From Bacteriovoracaceae bacterium (GTDB taxonomy: Bacteria; Bdellovibrionota; Bacteriovoracia; Bacteriovoracales; Bacteriovoracaceae), in contig OZ244226.1 of NCBI GenBank assembly GCA_965217035.1, positions 2,772,146 to 2,836,145 of the forward strand: DNA of 64,000 nt, read 5' to 3'. The translations under genes were made by a program, and so were the position numbers. The notes beneath the pieces are model-generated. The model saw nothing but the letters and a program-made list of their open reading frames with translations. It searched no databases and was not told the origin of the DNA. Position 1 is the stretch's first letter. Each line of letters opens with the position of its first letter. Positions 1 to 10,199 of the stretch are shown here, in pieces.

Positions 1-42
1 GGTAGTAGTTTAAACTCTTGTCAAACTTATCAAGGCTGAATC

Positions 43-2094
43 GTGAAATTACTTTCTTTTTTATTACTTATTCCTTTTTTCAATCTTTATTCTCAAGAAG
101 TAAAAGAGATTAAAGTTCAAGATATGGTTGAGAATCTCAAAAAGTCTGGGCAGATCAAAGACTCAATCATAAAGACTGAAGTCATCAGCTCAGAGACTAT
201 TGAAAAGCGACAAGCTTCTAATCTTTCTGAAGCGATCGAAGACCAAACAGGAATTGAGTCTCGAGAAGGTTGCTCAATCTGTGGAATGAGAAGAGTCCGA
301 ATTAATGGAATGAGAGGGGAACATACGACAGTTCTTCTTGATGGAGTTCCGCTCAACTCGACTGTTTCTTCTTATTATGGCTTTGATGCTCTTGGAACAA
401 ATGGAATCGAACGGATTGAAATTTCGAGAGGAGCGGGAGCTGCCTTAATTGCTCCTGAGGCCATAGGTGGTGTTGTTAATATCGTTAGAAAAAAAGCAAC
501 TGAAGACTCTTCTAGTGTTAATGTCTCAGTAGGAGACTTTGGCTATAAACTCATTTCGGGAACAATGACGAAAGTAAATAAAGACCGAACAGCAGGAACA
601 ACTGTTTCTGGTCAATATTCAGAGCAAGGCCAAATGGATGAAGATGATAATGGAATTAATGAAGCACCCAGAATAGATTCTTATGTCATTGCGGGAAAGC
701 ATTATATTGATCTCAATTCAAAAAATAATATTACAATTGATGTGACATCTTTGAAATCTAACACGTTTGGTGGAGTTATGGATGTCGCCATTTTTAATCC
801 TACCGTAAACACTGGAGGAACTCCAACCTTTGTCGATAATGATGTTCGAAAAAGATATACGGGAACAGCTGAGCAAGTCGCTGAAATAATCGGAATCCAA
901 AGGAATGAAGCGACTTTTACTTACACTCGTCAACTTGATGATTATTCGAACTTTATAGCGAAGCAAAGTTATGCTCTTCAAATCCAGGATTCTTGGTATG
1001 AAGGGAGTGATTATTATCATGAGAATCAAACACTCTTTACAGATCTTCAGTATAATAATCAGCTTAATGAGAAGCACTTTCTAACTATTGGACTCGATTA
1101 TAAGAATGAATACCTTCATTCAAGTTCACATCAGTTCTTTGTCGTTGATGGAAGAGAAAAAGATGATTATGACTATGCTTCTTTAGGTTTATATTTAAGA
1201 GATATTTGGAATCCAAACTCAAAAATAGAACTTTCAACGGGCTTAAGGATCAATCACATTATAACTGATTGGACTGATCAAACAACAGAAGATAATGAAA
1301 TTGATGAAACGGTATTTGCTCCCAGAGTTCACTTGAAATGGTCTCATAACAAAACTTTAACATCGCGATTTGCAGCTGGGATAGGGTATCGTTCTCCTTT
1401 AACTTTCTTTGAATCTGAACACGGTCTCCTTGATGACGGATTTGATGTTGATATCTCTGAAATAGAAGAGTCTCGATCTTTCTCTTATTCGTTAGCCTAT
1501 GACTCTGAAAGATTTATTGCGAATGGGGGAATCTCACATACGACCGTTGATAATTTGGCGTTTGTTGATGATAACCCTACAACCCCTGTCTTAAAGAATT
1601 TTACGGAAGAACTTGATGTCACAACTTATGATGTGACTTTAGGGTATCAAATTACAAAACCCTTGAGTGTTGGGCTTTCCCTCGAGTATTTTGATTATGA
1701 TGATCAATATAAATCGCTTCTTGTGATTGCAGCGATCGAAGAACGCGTAAAATTTGATATTGAATACGAAACAGAGGATTTTCTTCTTAACTTTCTCGTG
1801 ACCTGGGTTGGTTCTCGAGACCTCAATGATTATGGTTATGGTGGGCGTTTTAACATTTCTGGAGGTTTAGCTCCTAAACTTACTGACGCTCCTGACTTTT
1901 ATACAGTTGATCTTAGAGCTGCTTACAATCTCTCTGGTGGCTATAAAGTGTATGCAGGAGTGAGAAATCTCTTCGATGAAGTTCAAGAGGAGTCTCCGCT
2001 TTTCTTCGATGGATCAAATGACTTTGATGTAACTCATATTTATGGTCCATTGAGAGGACGACAAATTTATGCTGGTCTCCAGACTGCTTTCTAA
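43..2094 (+). CDS. TonB-dependent outer-membrane receptor
   Basis: GTG start, signal peptide, plug motifs (VRINGMRG..LLDGVP; IERIEISRGAGAAL...AIGGVVNI), C-terminal VRNLFD and terminal Phe (GRQIYAGLQTAF); GCSICG in plug. Confidence 0.95.
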   Translation: MKLLSFLLLIPFFNLYSQEVKEIKVQDMVENLKKSGQIKDSIIKTEVISSETIEKRQASNLSEAIEDQTGIESREGCSICGMRRVRINGMRGEHTTVLLDGVPLNSTVSSYYGFDALGTNGIERIEISRGAGAALIAPEAIGGVVNIVRKKATEDSSSVNVSVGDFGYKLISGTMTKVNKDRTAGTTVSGQYSEQGQMDEDDNGINEAPRIDSYVIAGKHYIDLNSKNNITIDVTSLKSNTFGGVMDVAIFNPTVNTGGTPTFVDNDVRKRYTGTAEQVAEIIGIQRNEATFTYTRQLDDYSNFIAKQSYALQIQDSWYEGSDYYHENQTLFTDLQYNNQLNEKHFLTIGLDYKNEYLHSSSHQFFVVDGREKDDYDYASLGLYLRDIWNPNSKIELSTGLRINHIITDWTDQTTEDNEIDETVFAPRVHLKWSHNKTLTSRFAAGIGYRSPLTFFESEHGLLDDGFDVDISEIEESRSFSYSLAYDSERFIANGGISHTTVDNLAFVDDNPTTPVLKNFTEELDVTTYDVTLGYQITKPLSVGLSLEYFDYDDQYKSLLVIAAIEERVKFDIEYETEDFLLNFLVTWVGSRDLNDYGYGGRFNISGGLAPKLTDAPDFYTVDLRAAYNLSGGYKVYAGVRNLFDEVQEESPLFFDGSNDFDVTHIYGPLRGRQIYAGLQTAF

Positions 2095-2500
2095 GCTCTC
2101 AATTTTAATCCTTTTTATCTCTTTTGCTTCTGCAAGAGAGTTAAGTGTTTACTCATACAAGAAAAAGGCTAATATCCCGTTCAAGTCGCTTTTGTCGAAA
2201 GAGCTCAATAATTTTCTTCTGATTGATGAAAATTGTCCTGTCTGTGAGTCATTATTACAGGATGAGCAAATAAAAACACAAAAAGACCTTATTTTCGTCG
2301 TGGCGACTGAGCCAAGTTTTTCATGGTTGGCCCGACTAAAGCGACAGGGGATCGATAAGGTGATATATAATATAAAGTCTTTACGAGTTAGAGACCCCCA
2401 AAAAACACCTCAAATTTTGCAATTTGATGAAAAGGGGAATCAACAACTTCAATTATATGGAAAGAGTAAGATCATTAACTTTATTCAATCTAAAAAATGA
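2069..2500 (+). CDS. exported thioredoxin-fold protein (CPVC)
   Basis: Signal peptide, NFLLIDENCPVCE motif, later KTPQI (cis-Pro-like); overlaps receptor stop. Confidence 0.65.
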   Translation: MLVSRLLSKLSILILFISFASARELSVYSYKKKANIPFKSLLSKELNNFLLIDENCPVCESLLQDEQIKTQKDLIFVVATEPSFSWLARLKRQGIDKVIYNIKSLRVRDPQKTPQILQFDEKGNQQLQLYGKSKIINFIQSKK

Positions 2501-3068
2501 ACAGGTTCTAAAGAGATACTGCTTTCTTTTCTCTTTCCTCATTCACTCGGCAATTATAATCCCTTATCTCCCAGAGAATGATTTTTTTAAAACTCTTAAT
2601 TTTTCTCAAGTTATTTCAAATGAAGTTTCTCTCAAGGTGAGTTTAGCCTCAGTTGAGAGAAAACAAGAGAAACCGAAGGTCTCTTCTAAAGGGCTCAAGA
2701 AAAAACAAAAGTTTGAAAAAGAGATCTCTCATTTTGTTAAAGGTGAACAAAAAGAGATTAAGCAAAGCACCGGTTCAAATACAGTTCTTGCCCAATACCT
2801 TAGTAAGGTAAGAACCTTAATTGATAACATGAAGGAGTATCCCAAAACTGCAAGACGTTTAAAGCATCAAGGAAAAGTTAAAGTTGAAATTTTAATCAAT
2901 GCAGAAGGAAGAATTCTTTCAAATCAATTGATCAAAAGATCCGATTCAATCTTACTTAATAAGGCAACAGAAGAGATCTTTGTGAAATTAAAAAGCTTTG
3001 ATAAGCTTCCTAAGGAAATAACAACACGACCGCTTAAAGTCATTGTCCCCGTTTCTTATCAATTATAA
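2424..3068 (+). CDS. tonB: energy transducer TonB (start uncertain, probably downstream of 2424)
   Basis: TM helix with SxxxH (FSFLIHSAII); C-terminal YPKTARRLKHQGKVKVEILINAEG TonB_C signature. Confidence 0.85.
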   Translation: MMKRGINNFNYMERVRSLTLFNLKNEQVLKRYCFLFSFLIHSAIIIPYLPENDFFKTLNFSQVISNEVSLKVSLASVERKQEKPKVSSKGLKKKQKFEKEISHFVKGEQKEIKQSTGSNTVLAQYLSKVRTLIDNMKEYPKTARRLKHQGKVKVEILINAEGRILSNQLIKRSDSILLNKATEEIFVKLKSFDKLPKEITTRPLKVIVPVSYQL

Positions 3069-4487
3069 TGATTCCGATTTCTTAGAGTAGGGTTCCATTT
3101 CCATAAGAATATTAAAGTCCATGAAGTCGTTTGCTCGAGTCGAGTCATCAGGGCCTGAAATGCCAAAAGCTTTCTTTGTGTTCACTCGATATTTAAAGTT
3201 TAGAAATAAACGGCCTTCTAAATTATTTCCTAAGATGAAGCCGACTTCTCCTAGGAGTTTTACAGGAACACTTTTGTCTTTGAGATAAAAGATTCCTTCT
3301 CCTTGAATTGTTGATATATTACCGAGTTTGAGATTCCCCGTTTCGGGATCAATGAAGTTTAGTTTTTTTATTTCTAGCTTAGAATCAGGAAAATCCCTCG
3401 CGTCGATTTCTCCTCTTGCGGAACTATTGAGTAGGGAACTCCCCATTGCAAGAGATCTCGTCTTGACTTTTCCTTTACCTGAGACATTTTCAAATTTTAA
3501 ATCTTCAGAGAGTACTATATAGGCAGCACTTTCTCTTACTTCTCCAGAATAGTGTTCTAAAGGAGCAGGGAAATTGAAAAATACGGCTGCAGGTTTATTC
3601 TTATCACTCTTCTTTTTTATATAAACCCACTTTCTTGTTAGTTTTATCTGAGAAAGATCAACTTCAGTGTTATTTAAATTTTTCTTAGGAAGATGGAGTC
3701 CTAACTCTTCCCAAGAAACACGATTAATTCCTTTTAAATCAAAATTGATGGCATCTCCATCCGTTGAATTTTTCAAAACATTATTTAATTCGCTTTCAAA
3801 TGTTTTAGCGACATCAAAAAGAAGTTTCTCTGGATTGTCAAAATTACCAGATAGAGGACTTGAAGTTTTATAAACAGGGTTATGACAATCAAATTGAGAG
3901 AAGATTGCGAGATTAAGAACAAGCTTATTATCTTTACCTCTCCACGGGTAAATATCAAAGTAAAAAGTTCTATCCCCGGTTTCTTGAATAGCTTTATTTT
4001 TTGAGACAATTTCATTAAATAATGGAATCAGTTGAGAGGAAAGCTTCTTTTGAAATGCTTTAGAGTCAAAGTCAGAAGGAATTGTCCCCGAGAGTTCTGT
4101 TATCTTAAGTCTAACAAAAACATTAAAATTCTCTTTTTCAATGAGAAGAGCATCTTTAATTTGAATTTTATCATCAGGGGCAAGAACATATTTTGCTGCT
4201 TGAAGGAACTTCTTAATTTTTTCGAAGTTATTATACCGTCCTAAATAGAGAGATCGACCTTTATAGTTTTGAAAATATAAGCTAGGTAAGAATTTAATCT
4301 TTTTTGGAAGTGAGTTAGAGGACTTGATAATCTTGACTGTAATTTTCTTTTGTTTTGCGATCTTTTTGATGTCTTTCAGTTTTGATTTTAAATCGATTGA
4401 TCCCTTATCTTTATCACCTAAAAAGACAATAAGTTCATTAGCATGAACTTGAGAAAAGAGAATAAAAAATAGAACTAAAAACTTCAT
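3063..4487 (-). CDS. secreted protein with probable C-terminal YceI-like domain
   Basis: Signal peptide; C-terminal VKTRSLAMGSSLLN..EIDARDFPDSKL..GIFYLKDKSVPVKL resembles the YceI pattern. Confidence 0.55.
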   Translation of the reverse strand: MKFLVLFFILFSQVHANELIVFLGDKDKGSIDLKSKLKDIKKIAKQKKITVKIIKSSNSLPKKIKFLPSLYFQNYKGRSLYLGRYNNFEKIKKFLQAAKYVLAPDDKIQIKDALLIEKENFNVFVRLKITELSGTIPSDFDSKAFQKKLSSQLIPLFNEIVSKNKAIQETGDRTFYFDIYPWRGKDNKLVLNLAIFSQFDCHNPVYKTSSPLSGNFDNPEKLLFDVAKTFESELNNVLKNSTDGDAINFDLKGINRVSWEELGLHLPKKNLNNTEVDLSQIKLTRKWVYIKKKSDKNKPAAVFFNFPAPLEHYSGEVRESAAYIVLSEDLKFENVSGKGKVKTRSLAMGSSLLNSSARGEIDARDFPDSKLEIKKLNFIDPETGNLKLGNISTIQGEGIFYLKDKSVPVKLLGEVGFILGNNLEGRLFLNFKYRVNTKKAFGISGPDDSTRANDFMDFNILMEMEPYSKKSESL

Positions 4488-4605
4488 AAAAATTCCTAAC
4501 CGATTGTTATCAATAGGTGATAGGTATTAACGAATCCATTACTTCTGGCATAGGTCAGACAACCTGTCACGAGATTTAGAGCGACTAGATAACGCGAAGA
4601 GCTGT

Positions 4606-5667
4606 TTACATTTGAATATGAAGATTTTCAGGGAATTGATTCGGAATATCTTCAAGGCTATTACCAATTTGATCTCTGATATCAATTTCAATTCCTCTTG
4701 AAATCGTACTGATAGGAACATCATTGGCGGTCCCTTCAAAAGGGTTCTCTCCAACCCGACCAATCCTTTCCATGGTATTAAAAATCCAAGAAACAATGAC
4801 ACAAAAAGGAACTGCTATCCATACAAAATTATTTCCAATGGGTTCAGAATATTCTGCAACCTTTAATCCGATTTTTGAAAACTCTGGAATTAAAGCAAGA
4901 GGGAAGAGTAGAAGGAAAACTTTAACGAAATAGAAGTTCAAAGTTGCATATTGACGAGGGTAAGGAAAGTTCTTAATTCTTTCGGACTTTCCTTGGAGGT
5001 TAAAGAATTCTTTTATGATATTCTCTAGTTCAAGGAAAGCAAATTCCCAGACGTGTCCGGCTTCCATCAACTTCTTCAAGTGTCTCGATTGAAGAAAAAG
5101 AATCGCCGTCGCTTTGTTCCCTTTTGCCATAACATGCTTATGTTCTTCTTCTGAAAGATAGAGTACAAGATCATCTTCTAAAGAAGTCACTCGCTCAGGA
5201 ATAAAAGCTCTTGTAGACCACTCTCTATTTGTTTTGTGGTCTTCAAATTCTTCCCAAGATCGAGAAGATCTCATGCTATGCCTTAAAGCGGTTAACCAAG
5301 CGATATGTCTCATAACGATTTGTTGGACATGCTTTTTTAACTCATCTTCTGTCATTCCCTCTTTAGCATGACGATTTGAAATCATATCTCTTGTCATCAT
5401 CGTGAAAGTTCTTGAGTAGTTTACGATCCCTCCCCAAATTTTTCTGGCTTCCCAGATACGGCCATAAGCTGAGTTGTTTTGAAAACCAACAACGAAAGCA
5501 ACAGCAGTACCAATCAAGGCAATAGGAGTCCACGGAAGGCTAAAGTATTCAAAGCCATAGATAGAATAAGAGAGTGTAATGCCGAAGGCATAAAGAAAGA
5601 ACCATACAGTTTCGAGCCGTGTCCATAGAGCGATATCTTTGAGAGAATAACGTTTCTTAGTGAGCAT
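4606..5667 (-). CDS. bestrophin-family ion channel
   Basis: FQNNSAYGRIWEARKIWG, ERIKNFPYP and ENPFEGTANDVP motifs. Confidence 0.92.
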   Translation of the reverse strand: MLTKKRYSLKDIALWTRLETVWFFLYAFGITLSYSIYGFEYFSLPWTPIALIGTAVAFVVGFQNNSAYGRIWEARKIWGGIVNYSRTFTMMTRDMISNRHAKEGMTEDELKKHVQQIVMRHIAWLTALRHSMRSSRSWEEFEDHKTNREWSTRAFIPERVTSLEDDLVLYLSEEEHKHVMAKGNKATAILFLQSRHLKKLMEAGHVWEFAFLELENIIKEFFNLQGKSERIKNFPYPRQYATLNFYFVKVFLLLFPLALIPEFSKIGLKVAEYSEPIGNNFVWIAVPFCVIVSWIFNTMERIGRVGENPFEGTANDVPISTISRGIEIDIRDQIGNSLEDIPNQFPENLHIQM

Positions 5668-5668
5668 T

Positions 5669-6019
5669 TTATTTTCCTATTAACTTTTGAAATTGGCTTA
5701 GAGGATCTTCATTATTATTCAGTAAATGAATCAAACTTTGTAGGTCATTATCTCTCAAAACGGCATAAATTTTATGATTAGGATTAATGATGATGATCGG
5801 AGTTCTTCCGTCCTCATGAATTCTTGAGTTTTGATAAAGCTCAGATTTTAAGTCAGGAGAATCGATAAGCCTTTTTTCTAGGCAAAAAATCAAAAAATCA
5901 GACCACTCAGACTCAATTTGTAGGAGGTATTTATTTTCCCTAAGGATGGGCAGGGGATAAAGGTATGTTTGATCTTTTATTGAAACTTTTTTGAATTGAT
6001 TCCTATTTGTCATGGGCAA
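5669..6019 (-). CDS. hypothetical protein (ATG at 6013 alternative start)
   Basis: 116-aa ORF ending 1 nt before the bestrophin start. Confidence 0.6.
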   Translation of the reverse strand: MPMTNRNQFKKVSIKDQTYLYPLPILRENKYLLQIESEWSDFLIFCLEKRLIDSPDLKSELYQNSRIHEDGRTPIIIINPNHKIYAVLRDNDLQSLIHLLNNNEDPLSQFQKLIGK

Positions 6020-6172
6020 ATCTTATCAGAGATGAATGAGTTAAGCGTTAATAACTCGTTTTTTACACTTAATGCTAAATAAGCTTTTTTAAGAGGGGTT
6101 TTGAGTTGCGTTATAGCCGACTAAAAGAGTCTTTGTTACTGTCTTTCCAAACAAATTAAACGTGGAGATTTT

Positions 6173-9127
6173 ATGAAAATGACTCTTTTTTTACTCATCT
6201 TCTTAATGGGCATTCAAGCTCGGGCGAATAACCCCGATTTACCAAACAAGGATCAATTAACAAAAACTTATCTTGAACAAATTAGCAAGCGAGAAAGAGG
6301 CCAAGAATCTTTTGCCTTTGCTTCAAGAGGAAGTTCTTTAGAGTTTGGAAGTCCAGCGACGAGATCTCCTAACATGACGAAGTCGACTTCTAGAGAAATT
6401 CAAGAAGCAGATGTTTTTAAGTTGGGTGATGAAGGTAAGAAAGAACTCTTTCTTTTAAATAGGTATAGAGGTTTTCAAGTCATTAGTTTTGAAAAAGGAG
6501 TTGATCGTCCAGAAATTAAAGGACGATTCCCAGTTTATAATAATTGGCGAAGTGAGATGTATTATCTTAAGGATAAAAAGACAGCTCTTATTTTAAATAC
6601 AGAATATGATGGCCAAAGCCGACGGTATTATTCTTCAAGTTACAAAACTGTTGTTTATGCCATTGATGTTAAAGATTCGAGTAATCCTCGATTAGTCGAT
6701 ACTTATAGCTTATCGGGTTCACTCTCAAACTCAAGAATGGTGGGAGATGTTCTTTATTTAATTTCAGAGACAGGATCTTATCAAGAAAGAAAAGCAAAAA
6801 TTACTTCAATTGAAATTGATGCCAAAAGCGACGTGATGTCGATTGATCGCAAAAACCTCACAAGTGATGGTCGATATGTTCGAACGATGAATACTCTTCA
6901 AATTGGAGAGAAGTATTACGTCCTTGTTTCTTCTACTAACTGGCGAAATCCAAGTGATCGAATTAACGTTTTTGATATTACAAGTTCTAAAGGGAAGATC
7001 GATAAGGTTTTAACGGCCCAAGCTAAGGGAAGAATAACAGAAAGGTCTCAAGCCTTTATTCATAAAGATTACCTCTTTATGGTCAGCAATTATCAAGCTT
7101 CAGGATCTAATCGAAATCGAATTTGGAAGATTGCTGTTGAAGCCGTTGCTTTAAAAAGTTCAAAGGAAATTGTAAGGGCTGAATCAAAAAGAACTATTAC
7201 CATTGGAGATGCGAATGGATTAAGTGCTCAGCTTGAGGACGTTCGGTTATCAGGGGATCTTCTTTATACTTTTTGGGTTCCAGTTAATCGGATAGATCCT
7301 TTTGATCTTTTTGATATTTCTAACCCAGAAAGAGGAATCTCTCATCAAGGGCAACTTCAGTTCCCAGGCTGGATTAGCAAGGCTTTTCCAATCGACTATA
7401 AAGGGGAAAAATATGTTTTAGGACTTGGTGGAGTTGTTCCGTCTGTAAATAATGATTCAAACAAGAGATACCCACAAGCAAAACTCTTTAAAATTGAAAA
7501 AACGAATAAAGGCTATAAGCATTCTGAAGTTGATACTTTAACTATCAAAGATGAAAATGTCTGGTTCAACCTAAACCAAGAAGACAAGTATTTTGAATTT
7601 ATGAGCAGCGAAGAAGGGCAATATCAGATTCTTTTTCCTGTTTATTTTGGAAAATTTCAGCGTCAAGGGGCGCAGCTGGTTGACGTCGATATGGAGCAAT
7701 TAAGCTTAGATGCTGGAAATAAGATTGTGGGATCTCAATCTTGGCTAAAGCGGGTCTTTCTTAATAAAGAGATTGGTCTCATCAATGCTTTTAATGATAG
7801 GTCCTTAGAATCTTTTGATAAGGCTAAAACGAAAAGAAATGGAATCGCTTTAACAACGAGTATTCTTGAACTTGCAAGGAATATCATTTCTTATAAAGAA
7901 CTAGAAAGTGGAGAAGCAATTCAGGTTGTTCGTAAAAACAGCAATTCAGTAGAATTTCGACTTATTAATAGCGAGACTCCCGATGCGGAGCTTAATTCGG
8001 TTAAGAAGGTTGTTAAAGTTGCTGGTGAGTATGAATGGCACCAAATTGTTAATAATAGAATCTACGTTCTTACATCTTTTAATGAGAAGGTTAAGATTGA
8101 AGGAAGATATCCTTATACCTATGAGAGAAAAAGCCATTACAGGCTGACGGAAGTTAATACAAAAGACTTTTCTGTTTTAGAAAAACTAGAACAGTTTAAT
8201 ATTAAATATTCTTCAAAAGACTACGAATACAAAAGTTCTTCTTTTGTTAAGGTTGATAATGGAGTTTTACTTAAAATTGGGGACCAATTAGCCTTAATCA
8301 AAAACGGCTCGATTCGTGAATTGAGAGTTGAAAAGAGTTGTCAGTATTTCTTTGAAACAACAGGACATCTAAGTCTTTATCAGTATGGATCAGATTTCTA
8401 TGCTTATAATGCTTTTAAAGTTGAAGTGAGTGAAGAAAATAGAAAAGACGCTTATTACTTCCCATTTTTTAAGAGGCTTAAACTTAAGAAAGACAAAATT
8501 AGGTGCTCAGCTTCTATTAATATTCCAGGAACGCCAATTACGATGAAGTCAGGACACCTTATTACAGAAGATGGGTCTAAGGTGGGACGATTTCTTCCAC
8601 GAGGGAGATCTATTTCATATGACTACTCGAGAATCACGTCTCCATATTATGGTAAAAGAAATAACAAAACAGTGTCTCTTAAAGTGAGAAGAGGAAGTGG
8701 AAAGGCGACTATCACTGATGTCATCAATACTGACTTAACTGGAAAGGCTTACGGAGACTTTTTAATTACTTATAATGGATCTGATTCTCAGCACAGATTA
8801 GAATTCTGGGATGTCGACTCTTCAGGGCGTTTTTATTCTCGATCTTCATTTCTTCCAGGATATGTTAGCAATACGAGAATGATTACGGTCGTAGAAGGTG
8901 ATGATAATGATGCTTACGTCGTTATTAAAAACTCTAAACTTTTAGATTTTTATAAAGTGGATAAAAATGAAGAAGTGACTCGACTCAAAGTGACATCAGA
9001 GTTTGATACTCGTCCAAAAGATGGTTCTGCTGAATTTATTTTTGGCTTCAGAGACATCACTAAAGCGGGAGATAAGTTCATTATTTCTCAAGGAAATTAT
9101 GGTGTGACTGAGGTTACTCTCGAATAA
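6173..9127 (+). CDS. secreted beta-propeller domain protein (COG4880-like)
   Basis: GGAG RBS, signal peptide, IQEADVFK, SRMVGDVLYLIS, IDPFDLFDISNP..GQLQFPGW motifs. Confidence 0.8.
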   Translation: MKMTLFLLIFLMGIQARANNPDLPNKDQLTKTYLEQISKRERGQESFAFASRGSSLEFGSPATRSPNMTKSTSREIQEADVFKLGDEGKKELFLLNRYRGFQVISFEKGVDRPEIKGRFPVYNNWRSEMYYLKDKKTALILNTEYDGQSRRYYSSSYKTVVYAIDVKDSSNPRLVDTYSLSGSLSNSRMVGDVLYLISETGSYQERKAKITSIEIDAKSDVMSIDRKNLTSDGRYVRTMNTLQIGEKYYVLVSSTNWRNPSDRINVFDITSSKGKIDKVLTAQAKGRITERSQAFIHKDYLFMVSNYQASGSNRNRIWKIAVEAVALKSSKEIVRAESKRTITIGDANGLSAQLEDVRLSGDLLYTFWVPVNRIDPFDLFDISNPERGISHQGQLQFPGWISKAFPIDYKGEKYVLGLGGVVPSVNNDSNKRYPQAKLFKIEKTNKGYKHSEVDTLTIKDENVWFNLNQEDKYFEFMSSEEGQYQILFPVYFGKFQRQGAQLVDVDMEQLSLDAGNKIVGSQSWLKRVFLNKEIGLINAFNDRSLESFDKAKTKRNGIALTTSILELARNIISYKELESGEAIQVVRKNSNSVEFRLINSETPDAELNSVKKVVKVAGEYEWHQIVNNRIYVLTSFNEKVKIEGRYPYTYERKSHYRLTEVNTKDFSVLEKLEQFNIKYSSKDYEYKSSSFVKVDNGVLLKIGDQLALIKNGSIRELRVEKSCQYFFETTGHLSLYQYGSDFYAYNAFKVEVSEENRKDAYYFPFFKRLKLKKDKIRCSASINIPGTPITMKSGHLITEDGSKVGRFLPRGRSISYDYSRITSPYYGKRNNKTVSLKVRRGSGKATITDVINTDLTGKAYGDFLITYNGSDSQHRLEFWDVDSSGRFYSRSSFLPGYVSNTRMITVVEGDDNDAYVVIKNSKLLDFYKVDKNEEVTRLKVTSEFDTRPKDGSAEFIFGFRDITKAGDKFIISQGNYGVTEVTLE

Positions 9128-9135
9128 ATTAATGT

Positions 9136-9168
9136 CTCCTCAGGACTTAAAAGCCTGAGGAGTTTTTT
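9136..9168 (+). terminator. intrinsic terminator
   Basis: CTCCTCAGG/CCTGAGGAG 9-bp stem followed by T6, just after the 9127 stop. Confidence 0.85.
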
Positions 9169-9202
9169 CTATGAAAGTCTATACATTAATGATTTTAACT
9201 TC

Positions 9203-10102
9203 TTAAGAGGTAAAGCCTGAGCTAAGAACTTTGATGAGTTCTTGAATGAGAGGCTTGTTTTGATACCTTTTCTTTTTTGATATCCAGTAATACTTCTCAG
9301 TGACACCCTTTAATTGCCCTATTTTAAGAAGTTGTTTTGATTCGATATAAGATTTAGTTGCAAAATCGGGAAGAGGGACAAGTCCAAAGCCTTCACAAGC
9401 AAATATCTTTTTTACACTTGAATCTTGAACTTCAATAATATTTCGATAGGTGATTTTGTTTTTCACAAACCAATAATCGACTGAATGCCTGAGGTCAGAA
9501 TGAAGACTAGGGAGAATCATTGGTGCATCAATAATTGAGTGTGGGAATTTTTCAATCAGAGATTTATAAACAGGGCTTCCGTAAAGAGAGACATGACTTT
9601 TACCAAACTGCTTACAAATAAGTTCTCCTCCAGAATCAGATATTGGAATATTACAAAAAGCAACATCAAGTTTATTGGAAAGTAACTTCGCTATGAGCTC
9701 TTCATTATTATGTTCTTCAAGAACAACACCAAGTTCATCATGAGAGGATCTAAGGTTTTCGATAAGAGAAAGAGAAATACTTTTTGGCAGACTATCATTT
9801 ATTCCAATTTTTATTTGTTGGATTTCTTCGTGGCCACCAGTATTAATGAACTCAAGAATGTCATCATGAAGATCATTGACCTTATTTGAGTAGGAGTAAA
9901 TCCTATTTCCGAAGTCTGTAATAATTAATTTTTTATTTTTTCTTTCAAAAAGTTTTTTACCTAGTTTTTCCTCTAGAGATTTAAGTTGCATGCTCAGGGC
10001 AGGAGGACTGACTCTGAGTTCTTTCGATGCTTTGGCGATGCTCCCATGATCAACAATACTCTTAAAGTATTGTAATTGTTGAAAATTCACCCAGTTATTC
10101 AT
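9203..10102 (-). CDS. LysR-family regulator, NhaR-like
   Basis: WVNFQQLQYF..GSIAKASKELRVSPPALSMQLKSLE..LFER HTH plus substrate-binding domain. Confidence 0.93.
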   Translation of the reverse strand: MNNWVNFQQLQYFKSIVDHGSIAKASKELRVSPPALSMQLKSLEEKLGKKLFERKNKKLIITDFGNRIYSYSNKVNDLHDDILEFINTGGHEEIQQIKIGINDSLPKSISLSLIENLRSSHDELGVVLEEHNNEELIAKLLSNKLDVAFCNIPISDSGGELICKQFGKSHVSLYGSPVYKSLIEKFPHSIIDAPMILPSLHSDLRHSVDYWFVKNKITYRNIIEVQDSSVKKIFACEGFGLVPLPDFATKSYIESKQLLKIGQLKGVTEKYYWISKKKRYQNKPLIQELIKVLSSGFTS

Positions 10103-10140
10103 TAAGTTTTCCTTATCTACTTGTTAACTATTATATAGTT
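10103..10140. promoter_or_regulatory. putative LysR binding boxes in divergent promoter
   Basis: TAAG-TTTTC-CTTA (T-N11-A dyad, 10103-10115) abutting the lysR start; second palindrome AACTAT-TAT-ATAGTT (10126-10140). Confidence 0.55.
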
Positions 10141-10199
10141 TTTTTGAATAAAAGAATAGCCTAGACTATCTTTGCACTCGCTAATATGGAGGTACGTCT

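Noticed and set aside
4545..4575. GGTCAGACAACCTGTC resembling the 3' end of a cobalamin riboswitch
   Set aside because: On the + strand with no downstream + gene, and the other B12-element motifs are missing
6097..6123. GCCGACTA sigma28-like -10 upstream of the beta-propeller gene
   Set aside because: No TAAA-like -35 at 15-16 nt spacing
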